A stretch of 64,000 nucleotides of DNA, taken from contig OZ037839.1 of assembly GCA_964035575.1 (NCBI GenBank), positions 1,736,001 to 1,800,000 of the forward strand, read 5' to 3'. Position numbers and translations under genes: made by a program. Source of the stretch: Rhynchopus sp. YZ270_cl-10 (taxonomy: Eukaryota). Position 1 is the first letter of the stretch; each line of letters begins with the position of its first letter. Shown here one piece after another: positions 16,008 through 27,809 of this stretch. The notes beneath the pieces are model-generated. The model ran no database searches. It worked only from the letters and a program-made list of their open reading frames with translations, and was not told the DNA's origin.

Positions 16008-16423
16008 AAGCAGGACAAGCTGGATGAACAGAGGGGTTTGGGGCCTTTGGGGAACAAAAGCCGAAACAATACAGAGGGTGGGTGGGGAGGGAGGGGAGGA
16101 AAGCATCATATGTGATGTGACAAAAAACAATGTGATTTTTTTTTTTTTTGATCCCAAAGAAGAACAAAACAAAGTCCGCGAGAGAAACTGCACAAAAGGC
16201 AATATTATGGAAACCACCCCACACTAGTTGCCACTTCCTCTTACTGCTGTCAAATCTCCAAAAGCACACCACCACACCTCAAAGGCAATTTCCTCTTTTC
16301 TCTTTACCACGAACGTTTCCACCTCTCTCTCATTGAAGTCACGTCTTGAGGGGCTTGCTCTCTCTTTGCTCTGTTGCTTGACATCCAAAGAGTCGTGCTT
16401 CTCTTGTTCTCTTTCCCCTTGCA

Positions 16424-17761
16424 ATGGAGGTCTTCATTGTGCACCCGCCCTGCAGTGTGGAGGTCGCTCTGACCGATACTGTGCTGCGACTGAAGCGCAA
16501 GGTGGAGAAGGTGAGCGGGGTGCACATTGAGGCACTGATCTTGGACGGCGAGGTGCTGTGCGATGAGGACATGTGTGCAGGGACGGGGATTGTGGAGGGA
16601 TGCGCGCTGGAGGTTGAGCTGCGCCTCGACCTGGATCAAATGCGGGGGGCGTGGCTGAACGTTGAGGACCCCACGCATGCACCAGAGGCGCTCTGGCTCG
16701 ATGAGGCGTTTGTGTACGCACGCCTTATGCGCACAGACTACCACCATGTCGGCACTGCAGTCCGCCTCTCGCGCGTCGCTAACAAGGCCACCTTGCTGCG
16801 CAAGGCCATCATTGCAAACCCTTTCTGCAGCAATGTACAGTGCTGGCCGGATGAGATGAAGGCGGACAAAGACACTGTGCTCGCATGCGTGAGTGCGGAT
16901 GCTTCTCTGTTGCAGTACTTCTCAGACACTATGCGCAACGACCCTGACATCGTCGAGACGGCACTGCAAAGCCCCAGATGGAACGTGGGATACCTTGCGT
17001 ACGTCAAGGTGCAGCGCATCGTTGAGAGGGAGGTGCAAAAGCAGCCCCGCCACCTATGCCACGCACCGTCCCTGCAGGGCAACCGCCGCGTCGTTCTCTC
17101 CCTTGTACGCAAGGATGCGGTCTGTTTGCAATACGCATCTGTGGCCATACAGTCCGACCGCTCTGTGCTCCTGCAGGCCATGGAAAGCGGGACCTGGAAG
17201 CGAGAACTTCTCTTCCGTGCAAAGCCTGATGTCACTGGGGATAAAAGGATCATGGCAACGCTTGTGGCTAAGGACGCACGCTATTTGGAGTATGCGACTG
17301 GGGCAGTGTTGGGGGACTTCGACATTGTGCTCGCTGCAGTGCAAAGCGGGACGTGGAGAGCCGGCGCACACCTGCGTCTGGTGTCGAAAGAGTTGCAGGC
17401 GAACCGCACCCTTGCGGCGCACTCCTTCGCTGTGGACAGCACAACACTGCAGTACACGCATGCGTCGATTCTTCAGGACGTGCCCTTTCTGCTGCAGTGC
17501 CTCGAGCGTTATGGGAACGTAGCAACAGTGCTGGAGCACGTACCAGATCGGCTGAAAGCAAACAAAGCGTTTATGTTGAAGTGCCTGCACATCGACACTC
17601 CAGCAACACTGCCCTACGTGCCCTCAAAGCTGCAGGCAGATGAAGAGTTCAGGGCCGCATCCGCTGTGCACAAACCGTGCAAAGTACGCACACCAAATCC
17701 TAAGCCTTTGGACCCAATGGACGCCTTCAGGGCACGGTTCAAAGATGCTGTATCTGCCTGA
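16424..17761 (+). CDS. UBL + DUF4116-like repeat protein (445 aa)
   Basis: N-terminus VEVALTDTVLRLKRKVEKVSG...LILDGEVLCDE is UBL-like; repeats such as DKDTVLACVSADASLLQYFSDTMRNDPDIV match the DUF4116 pattern. Confidence 0.8.
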   Translation: MEVFIVHPPCSVEVALTDTVLRLKRKVEKVSGVHIEALILDGEVLCDEDMCAGTGIVEGCALEVELRLDLDQMRGAWLNVEDPTHAPEALWLDEAFVYARLMRTDYHHVGTAVRLSRVANKATLLRKAIIANPFCSNVQCWPDEMKADKDTVLACVSADASLLQYFSDTMRNDPDIVETALQSPRWNVGYLAYVKVQRIVEREVQKQPRHLCHAPSLQGNRRVVLSLVRKDAVCLQYASVAIQSDRSVLLQAMESGTWKRELLFRAKPDVTGDKRIMATLVAKDARYLEYATGAVLGDFDIVLAAVQSGTWRAGAHLRLVSKELQANRTLAAHSFAVDSTTLQYTHASILQDVPFLLQCLERYGNVATVLEHVPDRLKANKAFMLKCLHIDTPATLPYVPSKLQADEEFRAASAVHKPCKVRTPNPKPLDPMDAFRARFKDAVSA

Positions 17762-18575
17762 TGTGTTGTTGTACAGAAACGCAAGAATGCGGACAATGGT
17801 GTAGTCTTTTCACTGCTCTGCGAACACATTGGTGTGCAACCCTGAGGGCCAGGTGCCCTTCGTGGAACTGATGTAATCAATATTCCTTCAAAAAAGAGTT
17901 CCAAAAAGTAAGATTATTTTTTTCTATCCCGTTTTCCAGTGCAGACGCCATTTGCTGCAGTCGCGCTGTTCTTGTCCTTTCATGACATTGTTCTATTTTA
18001 TTAACTTTCCCCCCTTTTTTTCTGTTTCTGTTTCGTCGAAGACTTTATGAAATACCGTACGTAACACAACCCCACTTCCTTGAGTGGTGTGGTGGTGTTT
18101 GGAAATGAAGCGAAGATGTTTTAAAAGTTGTTTTTTTTTTTAGTAACCCCACCGTATTTCACAAAATGCTCGAGACCCTCGTGAACAGTCGCGCGCCGGC
18201 ATGTCCCCTCGCCTTGGCTTGCTTTTGGCAAAAAGTGGGGCCCCACTACTGGACTGACGGACTTCAAAAGTGTTGCCGGTGTTTTTGGACGATACATATT
18301 TCCCGGCCAAAATCCCTACCACAAATTATAAAGTGTACCCCCGCGTGACAAGGACCTGTCAGGAACCTGTCACTATAGCCCTCCTCAGGAACACCAAAGG
18401 GGAGAAAAGTATTTCGAGGGCTGATTCGCACTTTTTCCGCACTTTTTCCGACCCCCATATCTCTTCTCACTACTGGCAAGTGAAACAAATAAGAAAGCTC
18501 TTTTGTTGTATCTTGCCTCCCTCCTCCTCCTTCTCAACACTTACCCCACAACAGAGCAACACTTCACTCGAAACA

Positions 18576-20153
18576 ATGGAACTGTGTGTGCAGGGATATG
18601 ATGATGACACCAAATTCGTGATTGAGGTGGGTGAAAACGACACAACGGAGACGATGCGGCAGAAGGTGGCGTCTGCAACAGGGTTGTGCGAAGACAGCTT
18701 CCGCATGGGCTTCGGAGGGAAGGAGGAAGGAGAGGACATCACAGAACTGAGTGCTGGAGACACAGTCGTGTTGACGAAAACTACTAAGTACACATCTGTT
18801 GAAGCACTTCGTGCCTTGGGTGAGACAGACATTTCCGAAGCGAGGTTGTGGACTGTGACGGATCCTGAGGTGGCTTCTCTGCTTCTTCAGGCGGAGGTTG
18901 CGACTGAGATTCCGATGAACTTCTTAATCAAAGAATCATTTACGAGACTTGATCTCTCTGCTGTGTCTGGTGTGACGCGAATTAGGCAAGCCTTCCTCTA
19001 CGGGTGTGCATCGGTGGAAACCGTTGACTTGTCGGGATTGTGCAACGTTACGCACATCGGGCATGACTGTCTCTCTCGCTGCACATCGTTGACAAGCCTT
19101 GACGTGTCAGGGTTCACTGGTGTGACGGTGATAGGGAGCACGTTCCTCCAAGGAAGTGGCGTCACAGAGCTTGACTTATCCGCGATGACGAGTGTGACGA
19201 CGGTTGGTGACTACTTCCTCCACCGCTGCACGTCGCTGAAAAGGATTGACATCTCAGGATGGCGCAGAGTCACGCACATTGAGAATTACTTCCTCAGCAA
19301 CTGCACCTCGTTGGCAACTATTGATTTATCAGCTTTTTGCAGTGTCACGAAGATCGGCTCCGAGTTTCTCCTCAACTGCACGTCTTTGACCACCATCAGC
19401 TTTTCAGGGATGACGAATGTGACGGACATTGGGAACAGGTTTTGTGCGGACTGCACCTCGTTGGAAACGATTGACTTGACAGCACTGCACAGGGTTGTGA
19501 AGGTGGGTCACAACTTTCTTACGAGGTGCACCTCGCTGGGAAGTATCGACCTCTCAGCTTTCGGCAGTGTCGCAGCCATCGGGTCCGGGTTTATGATGCA
19601 GTGCTCATCATTGAAAACAGTTGATTTATCAGTGTTGCGCAGCATCATGATAATTATGCCAAACTGGATGGAAGGGTGCTCCGCGTTGACAACAGCAGAC
19701 TTATCAGGACTGAGCAATGTTAAGAACATTGCGACACATTTCCTGGATGAGTGCACATCCTTGACCACGCTGGACATGTCAGGTTTTGGCAGGGACACAA
19801 TGATATACGACGACTTCCCGCGCAACTGCAACGCACTCACAACAGTCGTCTTGCCAGGCAACATCGACATTCACGAGATGTCTCTCCCGAATGAAGCCCA
19901 AAAGAACCATGGCACTGGACTCACGAAGACCTTCGATGCATGTGTGCGTGACATTTACGCAAGGTTTACGGAACAGTTCGGAGGTGTGCGGACAGAAGAT
20001 CTGGTACGAACAGACGTGTCTGGAGATGTAAGACAATGTATTGCATTGAAAGCAGGACAAGAAGGAGAAGGTTTGATGCAAGCACAAGAGGACGAGGACA
20101 AGCAGGAACTGGACAAACAGGAGCATGACAAGCAAGGGCATTTGGAGGGTTAG
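18576..20153 (+). CDS. UBL-LRR protein copy 2
   Basis: Intact ORF colinear with copy 1; same leader and ATG context. Confidence 0.85.
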   Translation: MELCVQGYDDDTKFVIEVGENDTTETMRQKVASATGLCEDSFRMGFGGKEEGEDITELSAGDTVVLTKTTKYTSVEALRALGETDISEARLWTVTDPEVASLLLQAEVATEIPMNFLIKESFTRLDLSAVSGVTRIRQAFLYGCASVETVDLSGLCNVTHIGHDCLSRCTSLTSLDVSGFTGVTVIGSTFLQGSGVTELDLSAMTSVTTVGDYFLHRCTSLKRIDISGWRRVTHIENYFLSNCTSLATIDLSAFCSVTKIGSEFLLNCTSLTTISFSGMTNVTDIGNRFCADCTSLETIDLTALHRVVKVGHNFLTRCTSLGSIDLSAFGSVAAIGSGFMMQCSSLKTVDLSVLRSIMIIMPNWMEGCSALTTADLSGLSNVKNIATHFLDECTSLTTLDMSGFGRDTMIYDDFPRNCNALTTVVLPGNIDIHEMSLPNEAQKNHGTGLTKTFDACVRDIYARFTEQFGGVRTEDLVRTDVSGDVRQCIALKAGQEGEGLMQAQEDEDKQELDKQEHDKQGHLEG

Positions 20154-21264
20154 GGTCCGGGACACGCAGAGTGACGCCGCCAGCTGTGCACTGCTCACTC
20201 GAAGCTGCACAACGCACACCCTCACAGGCCACTCCTCCCGCAAGCACTGCAGACAACAGAGCTGGAATTGCTTCTGCACAGCTTACTGGCAGCCCTACAA
20301 TATCATGGCATGTACGACAGTTTGTGTGGAGAGAGGCTTAGGTTGATCTCATAAACATTTCAAGTGTAATACGCGTTTTCGGATGTCACGAGTCTTACTG
20401 TTTCCCCTTCCCCCCTTTTGTGTCAAAAAAAAATATTTATTTATCAAAAATCCCCCCTTTTGTGTCTCAGCACCTTAGTTTTTCGATATGCGGGTTTTCG
20501 GGTCTTTTTGGGGGTTTCAAAAATAAAGAGAAAGGATGGATACGATGAACAAAGAGCAGGACGACAGCAAAATAGAGAACGGGGGTGTGTTTCATTTTGT
20601 GTCACTGTTTTCAAGGTAACCAAGCACGAACCTTTCTTTGCACTGCAACTTATTCGAGAGGTGTCACACACACCGCTCCTGCCCTTCCCTCGCGAAGACA
20701 GTTTTGTTCTGTCTTGCTCCGCCATCGAAGAACCCTTACACCATGCTGTGGTGTGCGATGTAGTCCCTCACCGTGTGTGTCGAAGACGAGGCTTTGTACG
20801 GCGCATAGCGGCGCCTGCCAACGTCTGAGATACACATTCCTGTGCTGAGCGAAATTGAGTTTGGGAATTGGATTCATACACTTTCAACTATGTGAACTGA
20901 AAGTATATGAATCTAATTTCGAAACCGGTGGTGTCTGGCACGATTCTTCGGGGCGGTCGGGTCGGATCTGTCGCTGTCTTACAAGAAGCGTTGGAGGTGT
21001 CTGTCGTCCGAGTTTTGCTAAAGTGCAGTTTCCTCTTGGCGGAAGTCGGGACTCATGAAGACAGGCCGTTCTGTTGGTAGGCTTTTTTCTGCGATGTGAT
21101 GCTGTGTCTGGCTCGCACCGCTGACCACTCCTGGTCTCCTGGCAATCCCGCCAAAGATGTCCGGCATCGTCCTCAAGCTGAGGAAGCTATTTTGTTGTAT
21201 CTTGCCTCCCTCCTCCTCCTTCTCAACACTTACCCCACAACAGAGCAACACTTCACTCGAAACA

Positions 21265-23820
21265 ATGGAACTGTGTGTGCAGGGATATGATGATGACACC
21301 AAATTCGTGATTGAGGTGGGTGAGAACGACACGACGGAGACGATGCGGCAGAAGGTGGCGTCTGCAACAGGGTTGTGCGAAGACAGCTTCTGCATGGGCT
21401 TCGGAGGGAAGGAGGAAGGAGAGGACATCACAGAACTGAGTGCTGGAGACACAGTCGTGTTGACGAAAACTACTAAGTCCACATCTGTTGAGGCACTTCG
21501 TGCCTTGGGTGAGACAGACATTTCCGAAGCGAGGTTGTGGACTGTGGAGGATCCTGAGGTGGCTTCTCTGCTTCTTCAGGCGGAGGTTGCGACTGTTATT
21601 CCGGACTGGTTCTTGCGCTTTGCATCGTTTACGAGACTTGATCTCTCTGCTGTGTCTGTTGTGACACGAATTGAGGACGGCTTCGTCGAAGGGTGTGCGT
21701 CGGTGGAAACCGTTGACTTGTCGGGATTGTGCAACGTTACGCACATCGGGGATGACTTTCTCGAGAGATGCACATCGTTGACAAGCCTTGACGTGTCAGG
21801 GTTCACTGGTGTGACGGTGATAGGGGAGTCCTTCCTCCAAGGAAGTGGCGTCACAAATCTTGACTTATCCGCGATGACGAGCGTGACGACGTTTGGTGAC
21901 TACTTCCTCTACAACTGCGAGTCGTTAGAAAGTCTTGACATCTCAGGATGGCGCAGAGTCACGCACATTGAGGACTACTTCCTCTGGAACTGCACCTCAT
22001 TGGCAACGATTGATTTGTCAGCTTTTTGCAGTGTCACGAAGATCGCCTCCGAATTTCTCTTCAACTGCTCGTCGTTGACCACCATCAGCTTTTCAGGGAT
22101 GACGAATGTGACGGAAATAGGGCACAGCTTCTGTGAGGACTGCACCTCGTTGGAAACGATTGACTTGACAGCACTGCACAGGGTTGTGAAGGTAGGTCAC
22201 AACTTTCTTACGAGGTGCACCTCGCTGGGAAGTATCGACCTCTCAGCTTTTAGCAGTGTCGCGGCCATTGGGTTCAACTTTCTTTTTCAGTGCTCATCAT
22301 TGAAAACAGTTGATTTATCATTGTTGCGCAGCATCACACGCATTGAGTACAGCTGGATGCAAGAGTGCTACGCGTTGACAACAGCAGACTTCTCAGGACT
22401 GAGTAATGTTAGGCAGATTGATGCATCTTTCCTGCAAGGGTGCACATCCTTGACTGCGCTGGACATGACAGGTATAGGCAGTGGCACAAGGATCGGCATG
22501 GACTTCCTGCTCAACTGCAACGCACTCACAACAGTCGTCTTGCCAGGCAACAGGGCAAGACAATGTATTGCATTGAAAGCAGGACAACAAAGAGAAGGGT
22601 TTGATGCAAGCACAAGAGGACGGGGACAAGCAGGAGGATTTGGAGGATTTGGTGCAGGGCAAACAGGAGCAACACAAACTGGAGGGTTTGGAGGGTTTGG
22701 TGCAGGGCAAACAGGAGCAACACAAGCAGGAGGGTTTGGAGGGTTTGGTGCAGGGCAAACAGGAGCAACACAAGCAGGAGGATTTGGAGGGTTTGGTGCA
22801 GGGCAAACGGGAGCAACGCAAGCAGGAGGATTTGGAGGGTTTGGTGCAGGGCAAACAGGAGCAACACAAGCAGGAGGAGTTGGAGGGTTTGGTACAGGAC
22901 AAACAGGAGCAACACAAGCAGGAGGATTTGGAGGGTTTGGTGCCGAGCTGAAGACGGAGTACCAGGTCAAGCTTGCTGAGTACGAGGCAAACAAGGGATC
23001 TGACGACGAGGACGGGGAGGAGGACGAAGGTCCCAAGAAGCGCAAGGCCAAGGAGGACCCCAACGCACCGAAGCGTCCTCTCACCGCCTTCTTCATCTTC
23101 ACCAACGAGCTGAAGGAGAAGCACCCGCACTGGAAGGTTGTTGACATCGTCAAGGAGGCGGGCAGACGTTGGATGGAGATGGACAACGATGACAAGACTG
23201 AGTACATCGAGAAGGCGCTTGATCTGAAGAAGGAGTACCAGGTAAAGCTCGCCGAGTACCTGGCAAATAAGGGGTCTGACGACGAGGATGAGGAGGAGGA
23301 GGTTGGACAAACAGGAGCAACACAAGAAGGAGGATTTGGAGGGTTTGGGGCAGGGCAAACAGGAGCAACACAAGCAGGGGGATTTGGAGGGTTTGGTGCA
23401 GGACAAACAGGAGCAACACAAGCAGGGGGATTTGGAGGGTTTGGTGCAGGACAAACAGGAGCAACACAAGCAGGGGATTTGGAGGGTTTGGGGCAGGACA
23501 AGCAGGAGCAACACAAGCAGGAGGATTTGGAGGGTTTGGTGCAGGACAAACAGGAGCAACACAAGCAGGAGGATTTGGAGGGTTTGGTGCAGGACAAACA
23601 GGAGCAACACAAGCAGGAGGGTTTGGAGGGTTTGGTACAGGACAAACAGGAGCAACACAAGCAGGAGGATTTGGAGGGTTTGGTGCAGGACAAACAGGAG
23701 CAACACAAGCAGGGGGATTTGGTGATTTGTGTGAAAAACGCTTTGGTGAAGATATTGAGCTTCATTTTTGGATACACCTGTGAGGACGTAAAATATTATT
23801 TGCCTTTTCCCAACGTATGA
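21265..23820 (+). CDS. UBL-LRR protein copy 3 with FG-repeat tail and captured HMG box
   Basis: UBL + 13 LRRs, then (GGFGGFGAGQTGATQA)n interrupted in frame by DPNAPKRPLTAFFIF...EAGRRW...EY (HMG-box motif). Confidence 0.8.
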   Translation: MELCVQGYDDDTKFVIEVGENDTTETMRQKVASATGLCEDSFCMGFGGKEEGEDITELSAGDTVVLTKTTKSTSVEALRALGETDISEARLWTVEDPEVASLLLQAEVATVIPDWFLRFASFTRLDLSAVSVVTRIEDGFVEGCASVETVDLSGLCNVTHIGDDFLERCTSLTSLDVSGFTGVTVIGESFLQGSGVTNLDLSAMTSVTTFGDYFLYNCESLESLDISGWRRVTHIEDYFLWNCTSLATIDLSAFCSVTKIASEFLFNCSSLTTISFSGMTNVTEIGHSFCEDCTSLETIDLTALHRVVKVGHNFLTRCTSLGSIDLSAFSSVAAIGFNFLFQCSSLKTVDLSLLRSITRIEYSWMQECYALTTADFSGLSNVRQIDASFLQGCTSLTALDMTGIGSGTRIGMDFLLNCNALTTVVLPGNRARQCIALKAGQQREGFDASTRGRGQAGGFGGFGAGQTGATQTGGFGGFGAGQTGATQAGGFGGFGAGQTGATQAGGFGGFGAGQTGATQAGGFGGFGAGQTGATQAGGVGGFGTGQTGATQAGGFGGFGAELKTEYQVKLAEYEANKGSDDEDGEEDEGPKKRKAKEDPNAPKRPLTAFFIFTNELKEKHPHWKVVDIVKEAGRRWMEMDNDDKTEYIEKALDLKKEYQVKLAEYLANKGSDDEDEEEEVGQTGATQEGGFGGFGAGQTGATQAGGFGGFGAGQTGATQAGGFGGFGAGQTGATQAGDLEGLGQDKQEQHKQEDLEGLVQDKQEQHKQEDLEGLVQDKQEQHKQEGLEGLVQDKQEQHKQEDLEGLVQDKQEQHKQGDLVICVKNALVKILSFIFGYTCEDVKYYLPFPNV
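22626..23722 (+). repeat. 48-bp coding minisatellite interrupted by the HMG-box segment (22944-23304)
   Basis: Unit GGAGCAACACAAGCAGGAGGATTTGGAGGGTTTGGTGCAGGACAAACA with variants. Confidence 0.9.
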
Positions 23821-24796
23821 GAGCATGAGGAATGAAGCTTTTGGTGCGAGGAGTTTTTTTTTTTTCGTATGAGTATGCAATACGTCTGGAAACGAAAGAC
23901 AAGTTCTTCGGGTGCCATGAGTTTTACTGTTTCCCCTTCCCCTTGTGCTCCACCTCTCCCCCGTACTTCAGGACGCGCGTTTTTCGGGGGTTTTCGGGAC
24001 TTTTGGGGTTTGAAAAAAAAATATATATGGGAGGCTACGTCAAATCTCAGTTAATACCAGTTAATACCAGTAAATATAGTTTTTTTTCCAAGCTTGGAAA
24101 AGTAGATGTCGAGAAAAAAATTTTCAAAAAAAACGTACCCCCCTCGCCCTGTCCAGTTTGATGTAAAAAAAAAAAAAAAAAATTTTTTTTTTTTTCGACA
24201 ACTACTTTTTCAAGCCTGGAAAAAAAAAATTTTTTTTTGGGCCTGACCTTGGGTCCTTGTGCACCGAAAAATTCAAAAAACGGCAAAATTTTGATGTTTT
24301 GAGCATCTGTGGGTGAATCATATGCACTGCTACAGTGGCCTATTATTGGGTGTTTTCCTTAGCAAATTCCTTCACAAAACTCATTTTTGATTTTGGCAAA
24401 GGCAAATTTCAGGCCAAAAAAAAGTCACCCCTGGTAGTAGGTCCTTGGGTGTCCAAACATGCCAAAAACACAAAAAAAATGATGTTTTGGCCTTCTGTGG
24501 GCACCTAAAACGCACTTCTCTGCCCAAAAAACGAATCATTCACATTTCAGAGGTCCTGCATGAAAATGCCCATCTGAGCCCAAATTTTCGGTTTTTTTTC
24601 AACATTTCTTCAACACAGGCCCCGCCAGGTGGTCCGAGGGTCCAAAAAAAAAAATTTTTTTTTTTTCGACCAAAAATTTTTTTTCGACATCTACTTTTTC
24701 AAGCCTGGAAAAAGAACTGGTATTTTCCTACACTGGTTTTTACTCTATGACGTACCCCTACCGGTATTTTCCCAGGCTTGGAAAAGTAGATGTCGA

Positions 24797-27700
24797 CACG
24801 GTGGCCCATTCCTACCCTTAGGGTAGGGTCCGCGGGGGGTACCCCATGGGGTACCCCCCAGACTACCCCATGGGGTACCCCCCAGACTACCCCCGGGGGT
24901 ACCCCATGGGGTACCCCGCGCGGACCCTGACTGGCACTGGGGGTACACAGGTACACAGGTACACAGGTACACAGGTACACAGGTACACAGGTACACAGGT
25001 ACACAGGTACACAGGTACACAGGTACACAGGTACACAGGTACACAGGTACACAGGTACACAGGTACACAGGTACACAGGTACACAGGTACACAGGTACAC
25101 AGGTACACAGGTACACAGGTACACAGGTACACAGGTACACAGGTACACAGGTACACAGGTACACAGGTACACAGGTACACAGGTACACAGGTACACAGGT
25201 ACACAGGTACACAGGTACACAGGTACACAGGTACACAGGTACACAGGTACACAGGTACACAGGTACACAGGTACACAGGTACAGCCAGAGTGCCAGAGTC
25301 AAGGGTCCGCGCGGGGTCCGCCCCCCGATGACATAACGAAGTATCGCTTGAAAATACCGTTCAATATATGTTGCTTGGTGTGCATGAAGAAGGACACACA
25401 AGGTATATCAAACGATAAATCAATCAGATAAACGTTACATCATCGGAAAATTGTTGGCACCGCCCCCCTGTCTTCGTATTTATTACCCCGTCGACAGGCC
25501 AAACAGCGTTGGGCTCAGAAGAAGCAGTGCAAGACAGTCACTGGGGATCAACATGAGAACCAACTCCCAACAACACAGGCTACCGAAGTAGCAGGTGGGG
25601 TGTTGCGGGTGTTTGGGGTGAGAAAATCGATTTTGGTAAGTTGCAGCAGAACATTCTTAAGTTCGCACTAGTCGAGAGAGGCTACCCGCTGCAGTGAAGC
25701 AGTGCACCCATTTAAGGGTGGAGAAGCGTGACACGCACATACAAGTATGTACGTTACTTCAACAAAGGCTGAATTCTGGTAATTCTAAGGGATGTGAATT
25801 CAGCCACCACGCAGGTAGTGTTTTAAGGTTCCTCGCTTTGTGCTGCACAGCGGACTCATGACACAAAGGAGTTGCCCCCGCTCTCTTTCGCGCAAACTTA
25901 AGAAAATTCTGAAGTAACTACAACCTGGCGTGCGGGTACAGATGCATTGCTTTGTTCTTTCCTCAAAGTCATTTCTGATCTCTCGGGTCTGTACTACCGT
26001 CAGTGTTTAGATAAGCATCCACTTGACTCGTTCTAACAACCGTTGAAATCTAGAACAAAACAATACACTGCCCCTTCTCACACCAAGCCGCCATGCTTCA
26101 AGAGCATGCCCTGGGCAAAAAATACTGTGACAAAAATTGGTTTTCTGGGGGAACGCGATATTTTCTTGTGCCTACTGTAGTCCTCCGCAAGAGCAGAGGA
26201 CAGACTTTCCGGATCCCGAAGTCGAATTTTTTGCACTAGCTATGCTCCCTGGGTTAATGGCTATAGCAGTGACTGACTAAGAGTTTCATAATAATTGGGG
26301 CGGTCTATGGGGTGGGTTAATGGAAAAATTGGTTTAAAAACCCAACTTTTGCGGTCCCCACCCGGTTTGCAATAATTGCACCAGCTCTATCGGCACTGTT
26401 TCGCTGTCACGATGAAGGGTCGTCGGTTCGGGTACCTGTTGAGAGAAATTGAGTGCAAAAGTAGAGACTACAACAAAAAAAATCAAACAAACAAACAAGA
26501 AGCCGCTCCGTACCTCTTCCATGCAAAAAAGAAAGTAAAAGACTGCCCTTCCTCAGTCCGGAAGTAGCACCTCATCCGGTTCCCTGACGTAAAAGAGTTG
26601 TAGAGGTTACGAGATGCCATGATAAAAAAGTAAAAGTGACAATTTTGACAATAAAAATATGCTTCGATTTACATCCGAGCGGGACAAAGGCGAAAAGGGG
26701 GAGCGGGGGTGTAAAAACCGGGGCTTAAAAACATACCTTGCAGCACTCGCTCGGCCTACTCTCCAGGTACGAGAACATCACTGCACGAACAATCCCACTG
26801 ATACTGATACCTGCATTCTATTTGTTGCCACATGGTAAAAATGACCAAAACTTCGACCAATTTTTTTTTTCTTCACAATTTGCTCATTGAGGCTTTGTAT
26901 TTTTTGGGCCATTTATGACCTACCACGCCCGATTTTGGGCGAGAAGAAAAAAAAATTTGGGTCAAAAATCGACGCGTCTTTGGTAAAATCACGACTTTTC
27001 GGGCGCGAAACTACGTTTTAGACCCCCACAGATGCTCAAAAGTGCCAAATTTTGCTTTTAATGGCCTCAAAGGATCACGGGAGCACCCCTCGTAATTACG
27101 AGGGCTCCCCACGCCGTGACGTCGTCATTGCGCGCGTAATTTCCGACGTATGCGGGCGTGGTTGGTCATAAAATGGCCCAAAAACCCCAAACAAAACCTC
27201 AGATTGACCAAATCGAGGAAAAATTGTCAAGTCGAAATTTCAGCCAAAATACGGTCATTTTGGTTATACCCCGCGGTGTATGCAGTAGCTAGAACACGTA
27301 CACAGCTAAGTTCCTAAGCGATTTCCTTCACATTTTTCATGAAAAATTGGTCAAAAATCGACTTGTCTTTGGTAAAAAAACCACGAAAAATCGGCTGCGC
27401 AAAACCACGTTTTAGACCCCCACAGATGCTCAAAAGTGCCAATTTTTGCTTTTAATGGCCTCAAATCGTCGAAATTAGGCCTATATAGGGCAAAAAAAAA
27501 TTTTTGAGAGTCCCTTTCCCTGGGAGGCAATAGCCACCGGGTGTGCAGGGGGTACCCCGGGGGGTACCCCTCAGGGGTACCCCATGGGGTACCCCCGCGG
27601 ACCCTGGGGGGTACCCCTCGGGGTACCCCAAACCCCCCAAAGGGTACCCCGCGCGGACCCTACCCAACCCTGTGGGGTACCCCCTGGGGTAGCCCACGCG

Positions 27701-27809
27701 AGGGGGTACCCCCCGCGGACCCTACCCTGTGTGGTACCCTACCCTGCGGGGTACCCCTTTTGGGGGTACCCCCGGGGGTACCCCCAAAAGGGTCCGCTGG
27801 GCCACCGTG
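24797..27809. mobile_element. Non-autonomous CMC/EnSpm (CACTA-group)-like element
   Basis: Perfect 12-bp TIR CACGGTGGCCCA; 2-bp TSD GA confirmed by the empty site GATGTCGAGAAAA in units 1 and 3; subterminal GGGGTACCCC arrays in inverted orientation. Confidence 0.8.
24942..25283 (+). repeat. Perfect (GGTACACA)n array, ~42 units
   Basis: Read directly. Confidence 0.95.

Noticed and set aside
20650..21180. Coding-like GC-rich stretch upstream of LRR copy 3
   Set aside because: Only short ORFs and no recognisable motif
22368..23880. Long minus-strand ORFs (also 53393-56448 and 62684-63595)
   Set aside because: Antisense shadows of + strand genes or repeats
24699..25401. YLCTCVPV repeat ORFs (likewise 40748-41819 MSCHV and 10408-10701 AFSIQHS)
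   Set aside because: Microsatellite translations with no flanking domain
24797..27809. Transib/RAG-like transposon
   Set aside because: TSD is 2 bp rather than 5 bp, and no transposase is present
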